From: Thiotrichales bacterium
Lineage (GTDB): Bacteria; Pseudomonadota; Gammaproteobacteria; UBA5335; SLRW01
Direction of reading: 5' to 3'
DNA length: 42,512 nt
NCBI GenBank assembly: GCA_003567955.1
Contig: PWYF01000231.1
Span: 1-42,512, forward strand
How positions within the stretch are numbered: position 1 is the first letter of the stretch; each line of letters opens with the position of its first letter. Both the position numbers and the translations under genes were made by a program. This document shows positions 23,686 to 33,170 of the stretch, piece after piece. The notes beneath the pieces are model-generated. The model was given only the letters and a program-made list of their open reading frames with translations, made no database searches and was not told the origin of the DNA.

Positions 23686-24540
23686 TCAGGAAAAGACAAT
23701 CGTGCGATTGCCGTGCAGCAGCACGCGGTCCTCGAGGTGATAACTCAGGCCGCGGGCGAGCACCTGCTTTTCCACATCGCGGCCCTGGCGGGCCATCTGG
23801 TCGGCCGTGTGGCCGTGGTGCACGCGGATCACGTCCTGCTCGATGATGGGCCCGGCGTCGAGGTCTTCGGTGACGTAGTGACAAGTAGCGCCGATGATTT
23901 TCACGCCGCGTTCGGCGGCCTGGGCATAGGGGCGGGCGCCGGAAAACGAGGGCAGGAAGCTGTGGTGAATGTTGATGATGCGGCCCGCGTAATCGCGGCA
24001 CAGGGCCGGGGGCAGGACCTGCATGAAGCGCGCCAGCACCATGACATCGCCCCGGCATTCCTCGTACAGTTCGCGAATGTGGGCAAAATCGGCCTCGCAC
24101 TGCGCCCGGCGCACCGGCACATGGTGGAAAGGCACACCGTGCTGCTCCACCAGCGGGCGCAGATCGTCATGATTGGAAATCACGGCTGGTAATTCAAAGC
24201 GCATATCGCCGCTGCGCCAGCGATAGAGCAGATCGGCCAGGCAATGATCCTGGCGACTGGCCAGGATCACCACCCGTTTGGGCTGGTCGGAGGCTGTCAC
24301 AAACCACTGCATTTCAAGCGGCCCGGCCACGGCCTGAAATTCACCCCGAAAAGCGGCCAGATCCAGCGCCAGGGTCTCGGCGCGAATCTCGTAGCGCATG
24401 AAAAACCAGCCACTGACCGGGTCCAGATGCTGGCTGGCCTCGCAGATACTGCCGCCGTGGCCGGCAATAAAGCCGCTCACCGCGGCAATAATGCCGGGGC
24501 GATCGGGACACTGCGCACACAGGGTAAAAGTCGTACTCAT
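23686..24540 (-). CDS. purU: formyltetrahydrofolate deformylase
   Basis: N-terminal ACT-like domain (CPDRPGIIAAVSGFIAGHGGSI) and a formyltransferase core (INIHHSFLPSFSGARPY). 284 aa. Confidence 0.95.
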   Translation of the reverse strand: MSTTFTLCAQCPDRPGIIAAVSGFIAGHGGSICEASQHLDPVSGWFFMRYEIRAETLALDLAAFRGEFQAVAGPLEMQWFVTASDQPKRVVILASRQDHCLADLLYRWRSGDMRFELPAVISNHDDLRPLVEQHGVPFHHVPVRRAQCEADFAHIRELYEECRGDVMVLARFMQVLPPALCRDYAGRIINIHHSFLPSFSGARPYAQAAERGVKIIGATCHYVTEDLDAGPIIEQDVIRVHHGHTADQMARQGRDVEKQVLARGLSYHLEDRVLLHGNRTIVFS

Positions 24541-24592
24541 GGGTTCAGCCTGACTCCGGGCATGGCAACAACATGCGTGTCGGGAGGACAGA

Positions 24593-25249
24593 TCATACCT
24601 GAAGGTGAATGCGATAGACCCGTTCGGTCAACGCGCTGATCCCTCGTTCGGCGAAGCCGGGGAATTCCGGCAAAGCTGCGTACTCGGCCAGCAATTCCAC
24701 AGCACCGCCGGCAAACAGCTGCCGGACTTCTTCATCACCCACGCTGAAAGGCGGCCCGGGCATTTCCTCCTGGGGGTATGCCATCGTGATCAGCAGCAGG
24801 GGACAGCCGACGGGCACTATGCGGCGCATATGGGCGACGTAATCCGCGCGCATCTCCGGAGGCAGGGCGATCAGGGCGGCGCGATCATAAACCGCTGCGA
24901 CATCGCGGAGATGCCCGGACTCAAGTTGGAAAAAATCCCCCTGATACAGACAATAACCCTCGGCAATGGCGACTTCGAACGGCGGCGCGCTATGCCATTG
25001 CAACGGCAATTGGTGCGTTTCGCCGAAGTCCTTCAGCGCCAGCTCCGAAAGCTCAATCCCCACCACCGGATGACCCTGCTGGCGCAACCAGACCATATCC
25101 AGGCTCTTGCCACACAAGGGCACGAATACCGCGCCGCCCGGCGCAATCTGCATGGCCGGCCACCATTGCTGCAGGCGCGGGTTAAAGTCGCTGCGGTGGA
25201 AGCCGATTTCGTTTTTTTGCCAGCGGCGATGCCAGAAGTCACTTTGCAT
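24593..25249 (-). CDS. tpm: thiopurine S-methyltransferase
   Basis: The N-terminus FWHRRWQKNEIGFH and VFVPLCGKSLDMVWL are characteristic of the TPMT family. 218 aa. Confidence 0.85.
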   Translation of the reverse strand: MQSDFWHRRWQKNEIGFHRSDFNPRLQQWWPAMQIAPGGAVFVPLCGKSLDMVWLRQQGHPVVGIELSELALKDFGETHQLPLQWHSAPPFEVAIAEGYCLYQGDFFQLESGHLRDVAAVYDRAALIALPPEMRADYVAHMRRIVPVGCPLLLITMAYPQEEMPGPPFSVGDEEVRQLFAGGAVELLAEYAALPEFPGFAERGISALTERVYRIHLQV

Positions 25250-25381
25250 GGGCTCATCTCACCACAGACCAGGGCCAAAACATACTGACACAGCCGACGA
25301 ACAGAAGGGGGGCAATTCGTCGCAGCAGGACCGAACGCTATAAGATGCCAGCAGAGCATACAAGCAACGGGAGCGGGCAAT

Positions 25382-26791
25382 ATGCGCAAGGTGAAACTGG
25401 TGGTCATCGGTGCCGGAACGGCGGGGCTGACCGCCCTGACCGAAGCAAAGCGGGTCACCGAAGATGTGTTGCTGATCAACGACGGCCCCTATGGCACGAC
25501 CTGTGCCCGGGTCGGCTGCATGCCTTCCAAGGCCCTGCTGGCAGTGGCGCATGGCTACCATGCCCGGAGGTTTCTGGGCCGTGCGGGCGTCACGGGCACC
25601 GACCAGATGGCGGTGGACCTGCCGGCGGTCATGCGCCATGTGCGCGAATTGCGTGATCAATTCACCGCCGGCCCCATTCGCGCCAGCCAGCCCGGCGAAC
25701 ACAGCATTGCCGGGCGCCCGCGTTTTGTTGATGCCAACACCCTGGAGGTGGGCGGTGAGACCATTCGTACCGAGGCCACGATCATCGCCACAGGCACCCG
25801 TCCGGTGATACCACAACCCTGGCAGGCCCTGGGGGACCGGGTTGTCAGCTCGGATACGTTTTTTGAGCTGCAAGACCCTGGCCAGCGCGTGGCGGTGATC
25901 GGGCTGGGCGCGATTGGCGCGGAACTCGGCCAGGCGCTGGGCCAGCTTGGCGTTGAAGTGCATGGTTTTAATCGCGGTGAGCAGGTCGGCGGGCTGGGCG
26001 ACCCCGAAATCAGCGCCGCACTGGCCGAGGGACTGGCCGAGCACATGCAACTGCACCTGGGCGCGGAGGTCGAGCTGGAAGACGCTGGCCAGCGTGTCCG
26101 CGTCAAAGCCGGCAACACCACAGTGGAAGTCGACCGCGTACTCGCCGCGCTGGGGCGACGGCCCAACCTGGAAGGGCTGGGGCTGGAAACGCTGGGCGCT
26201 GCCCTGGATGATCGCGGTATCCCCGAATTTGACGCCGCCACGCTGCGCCTGGGCGAGCTGCCCGTATTCATCGCCGGCGATGTCAACAATGTGCGCCCGC
26301 TAATGCACGAGGCCGCCGACGAAGGGCGTATTGCCGCCTATAACGCCCTGCATCCGGGCGCCGAATGCCTGGCCCGCCGGGCGCCGCTGGCAATCGTATT
26401 TACCGCGCCCAATGCGGCCCGGGTGGGCCTGGGCTGGCGGGAGCTGCCCGCGGACGTGATCATCGGCAGCGCCGATTTCCGCAAGCAGTCCCGAGCTGTC
26501 ATGACGGAGGAAAACCGGGGTCGGCTGCATGTGTATGCCGAGGCCGACAGCGGACGACTACTGGGCGCGGAAATGGCCGTCCCTGAAGGCGAACACCTGG
26601 CCCATCTGCTGGCCTGGGCCATCCAGCAAAAGCTGGATCTGGACCAGCTGCTGCAAATGCCCTTTTATCACCCGGTGGTGGAAGAAGGCCTGCGCACGGC
26701 GCTGCAATCGGCTCGCAAGCAACTCGGCCCGCGCCGTGAATCACCCGACCTGCCTCTGTGCCGCGAGGCCATCGACTGGGCCCTGGGCTGA
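25382..26791 (+). CDS. class I pyridine nucleotide-disulfide oxidoreductase (dihydrolipoyl dehydrogenase family)
   Basis: VIGAGTAGL FAD motif, redox-active GTTCARVGCMPSK (CxxxxC) and a C-terminal HPVVEEG dimerisation/His-Glu motif. Confidence 0.8.
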   Translation: MRKVKLVVIGAGTAGLTALTEAKRVTEDVLLINDGPYGTTCARVGCMPSKALLAVAHGYHARRFLGRAGVTGTDQMAVDLPAVMRHVRELRDQFTAGPIRASQPGEHSIAGRPRFVDANTLEVGGETIRTEATIIATGTRPVIPQPWQALGDRVVSSDTFFELQDPGQRVAVIGLGAIGAELGQALGQLGVEVHGFNRGEQVGGLGDPEISAALAEGLAEHMQLHLGAEVELEDAGQRVRVKAGNTTVEVDRVLAALGRRPNLEGLGLETLGAALDDRGIPEFDAATLRLGELPVFIAGDVNNVRPLMHEAADEGRIAAYNALHPGAECLARRAPLAIVFTAPNAARVGLGWRELPADVIIGSADFRKQSRAVMTEENRGRLHVYAEADSGRLLGAEMAVPEGEHLAHLLAWAIQQKLDLDQLLQMPFYHPVVEEGLRTALQSARKQLGPRRESPDLPLCREAIDWALG

Positions 26792-26793
26792 CC

Positions 26794-27281
26794 AAAATGA
26801 AGGGGGGCGTGTTCAGTTTGAAGTGCTGGTCATTCCCGCGCAGGCGGGAACCCAGAAACCCCGCCAACCCTTGCCCGCGCTCGTTGATATAGCCACCGAA
26901 CTCACCGAAGGACACCGAAAAACATCAAGTGTTTCTCTGTGTACTGTGTGGTGAATTAAATACCGTCTTGCCGACCGCTAATAACCAACCACAAAGCACA
27001 CAGAGTTCACGGAGTTAATAAACAGAGACCACTCGGTGCATTCGGTGTCTTCGGTGGCTACAAATGCGTCCGGGCAGTGCCTCTGGTATTCCCGCCTGCG
27101 CGGGAATGACGGCACCAAAACCTTTCATACTTCATGCCCTTTATCCACTGCATGGTCTTCATGTTCAGCTTTTCAGCTGCTCTGGCTTCATCCCGACGCC
27201 ATCCCGACAGGCCCCAACCACACCAGTCATCGCCGTCTGAAAACCGAAAACTGAACACTGAAAACGCCCCCGACAGGGGGC
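26794..27281. repeat. mosaic nested-palindrome intergenic element, copy 2 (giant imperfect palindrome plus tail)
   Basis: There is a perfect 22-bp inverted pair at 26829-26850 and 27089-27110. Nested inside it are caccgaa-repeat arms at 26891-26919 and 27032-27059, and inner arms ctctgtgtactgtgtggtg / aaccacaaagcacacagag. The tail carries ctgaacactgaaaa (27251-27264) followed by the hairpin gccccc-gaca-gggggc (27266-27281). Confidence 0.8.
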
Positions 27282-27292
27282 CATTATTTTGT
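27266..27292 (+). terminator. possible intrinsic terminator inside repeat copy 2
   Basis: Stem gccccc/gggggc with loop gaca, followed by cattattttg. It lies about 470 nt downstream of the nearest plus-strand stop, so its function is uncertain. Confidence 0.35.
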
Positions 27293-27371
27293 GGCGCCGG
27301 CCAATATGTTTTAGGCTTAATGGCACGTCAGGCCCGAAAAACAACAGCAGCTACGGAACAGACTGCAGGGG

Positions 27372-28268
27372 GTGAACATGGGCACGGCGGTTTCAGGGAT
27401 TTGCGAGCTGGCCCCGGGAGTTCCCGAAGCCGACTATTCTGCCATTGAGCAGCGGCGCAGCGCTGCCGGGCTGGGCCTGGAGATGGCGGAAAGCACCGGT
27501 GAGCCCGGCGAGGTCATGGCGCTGCCACTGCAGTATCTGGTGCTCAGCCAGGCCATCGGCCATTCCTTCCATTACCGTTGTGACCTGGGTGCCGGCCGTT
27601 TTTCGGGCCAGGGTATGCCCCTGGATTTCGTGCTGGTCATGCCCAATGCCCATACCTGGTGCCAGATCAACAATCCGCACCGCTTGCGTTTTCTCGGCAT
27701 CCCCCTGTCGCTGGCGCGACACTTGCTTGATCGCTCTCAGGATGATCCGCTCGATTTTGGCGTGCTTCATACCCGCCACAACCGCGACCCTTTTATCGCC
27801 CACACCCTGGAGGCCCTGTGGCAGGAACTGGCCCGGCATGACCGGACCTCGCAACTGTTTCTCGAAACCGCAGTGGCCAGCATTCTGGCCCGGCTCGAGC
27901 GCCTCTCGGAACAGGCCCGGGAACACCAGGTATGCAATGGCGGATTAACCGCCCGGCAATCTGCCCGGGTGCTGGATTACATGCGCGAGCATCTGGCCGA
28001 AACCATCGCCCTGAGTGAACTGGCTGGCCTGGTGGGCCTTTCGCCCTGGCATTTTGCCCGCGCTTTCCGCCAGAGCCACGGTCTGCCCCCCCATCGCTAC
28101 CTCACCCGGCTGCGCCTGGAAAAAGCCCGTGAACTATTGGAGCACAGCCAGTTCAGCATTACCGACATCGCCATGATGACCGGTTATTCATCCCAGCATC
28201 TGGCGCGCCATTTTCGACACCATCTGGGCTGTTCGCCCAGGGAATATCGGCGCCTCAACGGACACTGA
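27372..28268 (+). CDS. AraC family transcriptional regulator
   Basis: C-terminal double HTH: LSELAGLVGLSPWHFARAFRQ and ITDIAMMTGYSSQHLARHFRHHLGCSPREYRR. The start is either GTG at 27372 or ATG at 27378. Confidence 0.9.
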   Translation: MNMGTAVSGICELAPGVPEADYSAIEQRRSAAGLGLEMAESTGEPGEVMALPLQYLVLSQAIGHSFHYRCDLGAGRFSGQGMPLDFVLVMPNAHTWCQINNPHRLRFLGIPLSLARHLLDRSQDDPLDFGVLHTRHNRDPFIAHTLEALWQELARHDRTSQLFLETAVASILARLERLSEQAREHQVCNGGLTARQSARVLDYMREHLAETIALSELAGLVGLSPWHFARAFRQSHGLPPHRYLTRLRLEKARELLEHSQFSITDIAMMTGYSSQHLARHFRHHLGCSPREYRRLNGH

Positions 28269-28383
28269 CTTTTGGCCTTCCGGCGCAAGCGCCGTTCAAT
28301 CACAGCAAGATCAGACACGCATTAACGACAGCCCGGACCCTAGACTGCAAAACGTCATGGTTTTTTGAGGGGAGGACACCATC

Positions 28384-29928
28384 ATGATCACAAGACACCC
28401 GGCACCATTGATTCTGTTGTTTTCGCTTGCCGTGTTCATGACCGGCTGCGAGCGCGAGGTTGATGAGACGGTCAGCCCGGAGCACGATGATCAGGCGCTG
28501 GGCGTGGTCACCTTCGCGCCCGCCTGTGACGAGGCGGCCACCCGACAGTTCCAGCGTGGCCTGGCGCTCAAGCATCACATGATGTATCAGCAGGCGCGCG
28601 CCACCTTCCGCGAGCTAACTGAAACCGCGCCGGATTGTGCCATGGGCCATTGGGGCGTGGCCGCCACCTACTTCCAGCCGCTGTGGCCGGAGCGCCCTGA
28701 CGAAGAAACGCTGGCCACAGGGCGTCAGTACATCGAACAGGCCCGGGCCGCCGGTCCGGACGATGACAGTGAAGCGGCCCTGATCAACGCGGTGGCCGCC
28801 TTTTTTGAGCAGGAGGAAACGCTCGGCTATCGCGACCGTATAACGGCCTGGGCCGAAGGCATGGACAAGGCGTATGCCGAGCATCCGGATAATCCCGATA
28901 TCGCGGCGCTGTACGGCCTTTCGCGCCTGTCACTGGCCATGGGTGCGGATTCCGACACCCTGAATGACCTGCATGACGAGGCCGAAGCCATTCTGCGGGC
29001 CGTCTGGGAGGCAGAACCCGGGCATCCCGGGGCTATTCATTACAGCATCCACGCCACCGATGTGGACGGCCGTGCCGGGAATGCCCTGGAGATGGTAGAG
29101 GCCTATGCCGACATCGCCCCCAGCGTGCCGCATGCCCTGCACATGCCCTCACATATCTACGTGCGCCTGGGTCACTGGGACGAGGTGATTGAATGGAACC
29201 GGCGCTCGGCTGATGCCGCCCGCGATCACGAGGTCAACGGCGCCATTTCTTTCCATTACATCCACGGGCTGGATTACCTGGTTTATGGCCACTTGCAGAA
29301 GGGCAACGAAGACCAGGCAAAAGCCGTGTGGGAGGAAGCGCAGGAAGTCGAGCGGCATCAGCCCGGCTTCGCTTCCGCTTTCCACATCGCGGCTATGCCG
29401 GCGCGTATTGCCGTGGAGCAACGCGACTGGGAAACAGCCAGGGCACTGCCGGTGCGCAAGCCCGATTACCTGCCCTGGGACAACGCGCACTGGCCGGAAG
29501 GCCTGAGCTGGTACGCCCGCGGGCTGGGGGCCATTCATACCGGCGATGATGAGTTGGCAGAAGCGGCCGAGGCACGGCTGGCGGAACTGCGCGACGCCGC
29601 CGAGGAGGCCGGCGAATCGCGCTATGCCACCAATATCGAGGTGGACCGCAAAATTCTTGCCGGCTGGATCAGCCATGCCGGGGGCGACAATGAGCAAGCC
29701 GTTGCCCTGATGAAAGCAGCGGCTGAACTCGAAACCACGGTGGAAAAGGACCCGATCACCCCGGGCGCCCTGTATCCGCCTTATGAGGCACTGGGTGATC
29801 TGTTGCTGGCGCTTGAGCGCCCGGAGGCGGCCGTGGCGGCCTATGAGGCCGGCGATGAAATCTGGCCCAATCGCCGCAACACCCGGCAGGGCATGCAACA
29901 GGCCCGGGAACAGCTCGCCGGCCTGTAA
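28384..29928 (+). CDS. TPR-like helical-repeat lipoprotein, function unknown
   Basis: Lipobox LAVFMTGC. 514 aa, helical and Ala/Glu rich. Histidine clusters at HPGAIHYSIHATD and PHALHMPSHIYVRLGHWDE. gaggggagg precedes the ATG. Confidence 0.6.
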   Translation: MITRHPAPLILLFSLAVFMTGCEREVDETVSPEHDDQALGVVTFAPACDEAATRQFQRGLALKHHMMYQQARATFRELTETAPDCAMGHWGVAATYFQPLWPERPDEETLATGRQYIEQARAAGPDDDSEAALINAVAAFFEQEETLGYRDRITAWAEGMDKAYAEHPDNPDIAALYGLSRLSLAMGADSDTLNDLHDEAEAILRAVWEAEPGHPGAIHYSIHATDVDGRAGNALEMVEAYADIAPSVPHALHMPSHIYVRLGHWDEVIEWNRRSADAARDHEVNGAISFHYIHGLDYLVYGHLQKGNEDQAKAVWEEAQEVERHQPGFASAFHIAAMPARIAVEQRDWETARALPVRKPDYLPWDNAHWPEGLSWYARGLGAIHTGDDELAEAAEARLAELRDAAEEAGESRYATNIEVDRKILAGWISHAGGDNEQAVALMKAAAELETTVEKDPITPGALYPPYEALGDLLLALERPEAAVAAYEAGDEIWPNRRNTRQGMQQAREQLAGL

Positions 29929-30311
29929 AAGCTAACCATGAAGAAAAGAAGGGCATGAAGGATCAGGGTCAGGGAGGATCAGCTGGCTTTGGGTTTCGTC
30001 GTCCCCGCGAAGGCGGGGACCCAGGGAGCTTCGGATGATTACTGGATTCTCGCCTGCGCGGGAATGACGGGATAAAGCCACCGAATACACCGAAAGCACC
30101 GAATTCTGGATAAGTAATTATCTCGGTGTATTCGGTGATTTCGGTGGCTGCGCATTTGTGCGGAAATAATAACCCTTCATGCGCTTCTTTTCTTCATGGT
30201 TAGCTTTTTACAGCCTTAATGCGCCCCCACAGCGCTCCCGACCAGGCCCCAACCACGTCAGGCGCCCCCATCTGAACACTGAAAAATGAAAACGCCCGGG
30301 CCTTCGGCCCG
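29925..30311. repeat. mosaic nested-palindrome intergenic element, copy 3
   Basis: Terminal arms at 29925-29961 and 30173-30211 differ by one mismatch and one 1-nt indel. Internal modules are tccccgcgaaggcgggga, attctcgcctgcgcgggaat (30046-30065) and caccgaa arms at 30075-30103 and 30122-30149. The tail has ctgaacactgaaaa (30272-30285) and a hairpin. Confidence 0.85.
30275..30311 (-). terminator. probable intrinsic terminator of the betaine methyltransferase operon
   Basis: On the minus strand, cgggcc-gaa-ggcccg is followed by ggcgttttcatttttcag. It lies 8 nt downstream of the stop at 30319. Confidence 0.5.
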
Positions 30312-30318
30312 ATCCTGA

Positions 30319-31161
30319 TCAGGCCTGCTTGCGGAAATGGAAGATGCCCCAGGCGAGATAACCTTTTTTGCCGCCATCGACCCAGTGCTGCAGACCCTTT
30401 TTCATACGATCAATATAGGCCTGGCTGACACCGGCGTTACGGACTTCCTGTTCACGCGCTTCGAGTTCTTTCAGCACGCGCCAGTAGTGCTGGGTGAGCT
30501 GGGCGCTCTGTTCGTCAAACTCAAGCTCCTCCAGACCCAGGCGCTGGCCCTGTTCACGGTAAAAACCGGGCGAGCCCAGCGTTTCCAGATGAATGCGGTC
30601 AAGAATGGGCTGCAGGACACCCTCGGGGCAGTCATCGGCCTGCATGGGGTCGGTGAAAACAAACTCGCCGCCGGGCTTGAGTACCCGGGCGACTTCCTCA
30701 ACCACACGCACACGATTGCCGCTGTGGAGCATGGAATCCTGGCACCAGACGACATCGAAGCTGTTGTCGTCGTAGGGCAGGTCCTCGAAATTGCCGTCGA
30801 CGACATTGATCAGGTGATCCAGGCCCTGTTCACGATTGAGCTCGCGGTCGCGCTGGTTTTCCACTTCGCTCAGGTTCAGCGCCTCACACTGGCAACCGAA
30901 CCTCGCCGCCAGATAGCGCATGGCGCCACCATAGCCGGCGCCGATATCCAGCACCCGGCTTTGATTGTCGAGCCCGGAGAGTTTGGCAGCGACGCGCTCT
31001 ACCGTACGTCGGCTGGCATCACGAATCGGTTCCATGTCGGATTCATAGGTGCCGACATGGATATCCTCCCCGCCCCAGACCGTACTGTAGAATTTGTCGG
31101 CGTCCTCGCTATTGTAATAATCGCGGGCCGTAGAGACGGCCGTTGAGTAATTACCGCTCAT
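30319..31161 (-). CDS. sarcosine/dimethylglycine N-methyltransferase (SDMT)
   Basis: ARDYYNSEDADKFYSTVWGGEDIHVG, VLDIGAGYGG, FTDPMQADDCPEGVLQPILDRIHLE and GYLAWGIFHFRK closely recall the Halorhodospira/Aphanothece SDMT sequences (from memory). Confidence 0.85.
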   Translation of the reverse strand: MSGNYSTAVSTARDYYNSEDADKFYSTVWGGEDIHVGTYESDMEPIRDASRRTVERVAAKLSGLDNQSRVLDIGAGYGGAMRYLAARFGCQCEALNLSEVENQRDRELNREQGLDHLINVVDGNFEDLPYDDNSFDVVWCQDSMLHSGNRVRVVEEVARVLKPGGEFVFTDPMQADDCPEGVLQPILDRIHLETLGSPGFYREQGQRLGLEELEFDEQSAQLTQHYWRVLKELEAREQEVRNAGVSQAYIDRMKKGLQHWVDGGKKGYLAWGIFHFRKQA

Positions 31162-31218
31162 GCTGCTGATCCTGTCCTGCCTGTTACCTGATTTACTGCG
31201 AAGCCTGCCGGCGTTGCT

Positions 31219-32115
31219 TCAGTCCTTGCTCCGGTAGCCGGCCGACCCCTGGCCGTCCTTGTCGTAACCCTCGTCATCCGGCTTGTAGAGCTTTTCGGCG
31301 ATGTGGATGAAGAAATCCGGCTCCGAATCCCGGTATGACGCCTGGAAGTCGCCATAGGTATCGAGCCTCTGGAAACCGACCTCACGCATCAGCCGGCGTG
31401 TGTAGTCCTTGCGCAACGGGAACATGTTGAGGTGATAGACATGGCCGCCGGGGAACTCGTAGCGGAAGCGTGCCAGCCCCTCGTCCACGTGCTCCGGCTC
31501 GGCAGAGACCTGGTCACCGCAGTAGTAATACTTGTGCTCGGAGGAAAAGCCGTGATCCAGGATGGAGTCATAGTTGCGCTGGTCCATGATCAGGATGCCG
31601 TCATGGTCGAGCGCGGCATAGAATTCCGCCAGCGCCTTGCGCCGGTCGCGTTCGTTGAACAAATGCGTGAACGAGTTGCCCAGACAGATGACGGCATCGT
31701 ATTCGCCATGCACGTCCCGATTCAGCCAGCGCCAGTCGGCCTGCACCGTGCGCAGGATATGGCCCCGTTTACGACCGTTCTCGAAGGCCTTGGCCAACAT
31801 TTCCGGGCTGCCGTCGGCGCTGACCACATCAAAACCGGCCTCGATCAGGCGCACGGAGTGAAACCCGGTGCCGGTGGCGACATCCAGGATGCGCTTCGCA
31901 CCACGCTCCTTGAGTTTACGGATGAAAAAATCACCCTCGCTTTCCCAGCGCTTGTCCCAATCGATGAGTTCGTCCCAGCGCTCCACAAAGCTGGTAACGT
32001 ACTCTTCCTTGTAGTGATCGGTCTCGCGGACTTCGACGGGATCATCGCCGAATGATTGCTGTGTTCGTGCCTGGATAAGCCTGCCCTCATTAATTTTTGC
32101 TGTGCCGGATCGCAT
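31219..32115 (-). CDS. glycine/sarcosine N-methyltransferase (GSMT)
   Basis: VRETDHYKEEYV, ILDVATGTGFHSVRL, GHILRTVQADWRWLNRD and LNMFPLRKDYTRRLM recall the characterised GSMT (from memory). The start is uncertain: ATG at 32115 is chosen, and the ORF-track start at 32193 gives an N-terminal extension absent from known GSMTs. Confidence 0.85.
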   Translation of the reverse strand: MRSGTAKINEGRLIQARTQQSFGDDPVEVRETDHYKEEYVTSFVERWDELIDWDKRWESEGDFFIRKLKERGAKRILDVATGTGFHSVRLIEAGFDVVSADGSPEMLAKAFENGRKRGHILRTVQADWRWLNRDVHGEYDAVICLGNSFTHLFNERDRRKALAEFYAALDHDGILIMDQRNYDSILDHGFSSEHKYYYCGDQVSAEPEHVDEGLARFRYEFPGGHVYHLNMFPLRKDYTRRLMREVGFQRLDTYGDFQASYRDSEPDFFIHIAEKLYKPDDEGYDKDGQGSAGYRSKD

Positions 32116-32333
32116 GAGACACGGGTTCAGGTGCCGGCTGCATGCGTCCGGAAAACCAATACGCGGCCACACGGGCGCTGGCCTGGTAGCCAATGCCGAT
32201 GTACGGCCTGCTTGTCGTCTCGGGAGAACTCATACCGTACTGACTCAAATGCCCGGGTTCAAGAGGGTGCAAAAAATGACAGCCGCTCAGCAAGCGGTTA
32301 GAATGCGTGCCGGCGCCGCACCGGATAACGATC

Positions 32334-33092
<759 letters not shown>

Positions 33093-33170
33093 TAACAAGC
33101 CTCTGGCCAACAACGGCCCCCTCTGGCAAGCTTGTTGCCCTCAAGCAAACCATGGAACGGGGAGTGGCCC

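Noticed and set aside
23161-27448. Short ORF-track entries inside the repeat elements (for example 23161-23397, 26529-26954, 27036-27254, 27134-27448)
   Set aside because: They run through palindromic repeat modules and have no ribosome-binding sites or motifs. They also differ between repeat copies, so they are most likely non-coding.
23196-30311. Palindromic repeats as a CRISPR-like array
   Set aside because: The copies are kilobases apart and separated by genes. They are internally mosaic and of variable length, and they show no regular repeat-spacer periodicity.
30337-31146. 269-aa plus-strand ORF
   Set aside because: It is antisense to the SDMT gene, which matches a characterised enzyme family.
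32116-32306. Possible glycine, SAM or SAH riboswitch in the leader of the GSMT gene
   Set aside because: I read both strands and could not find the conserved cores of these riboswitch classes. A covariance-model scan (Infernal/Rfam) is needed before any claim.
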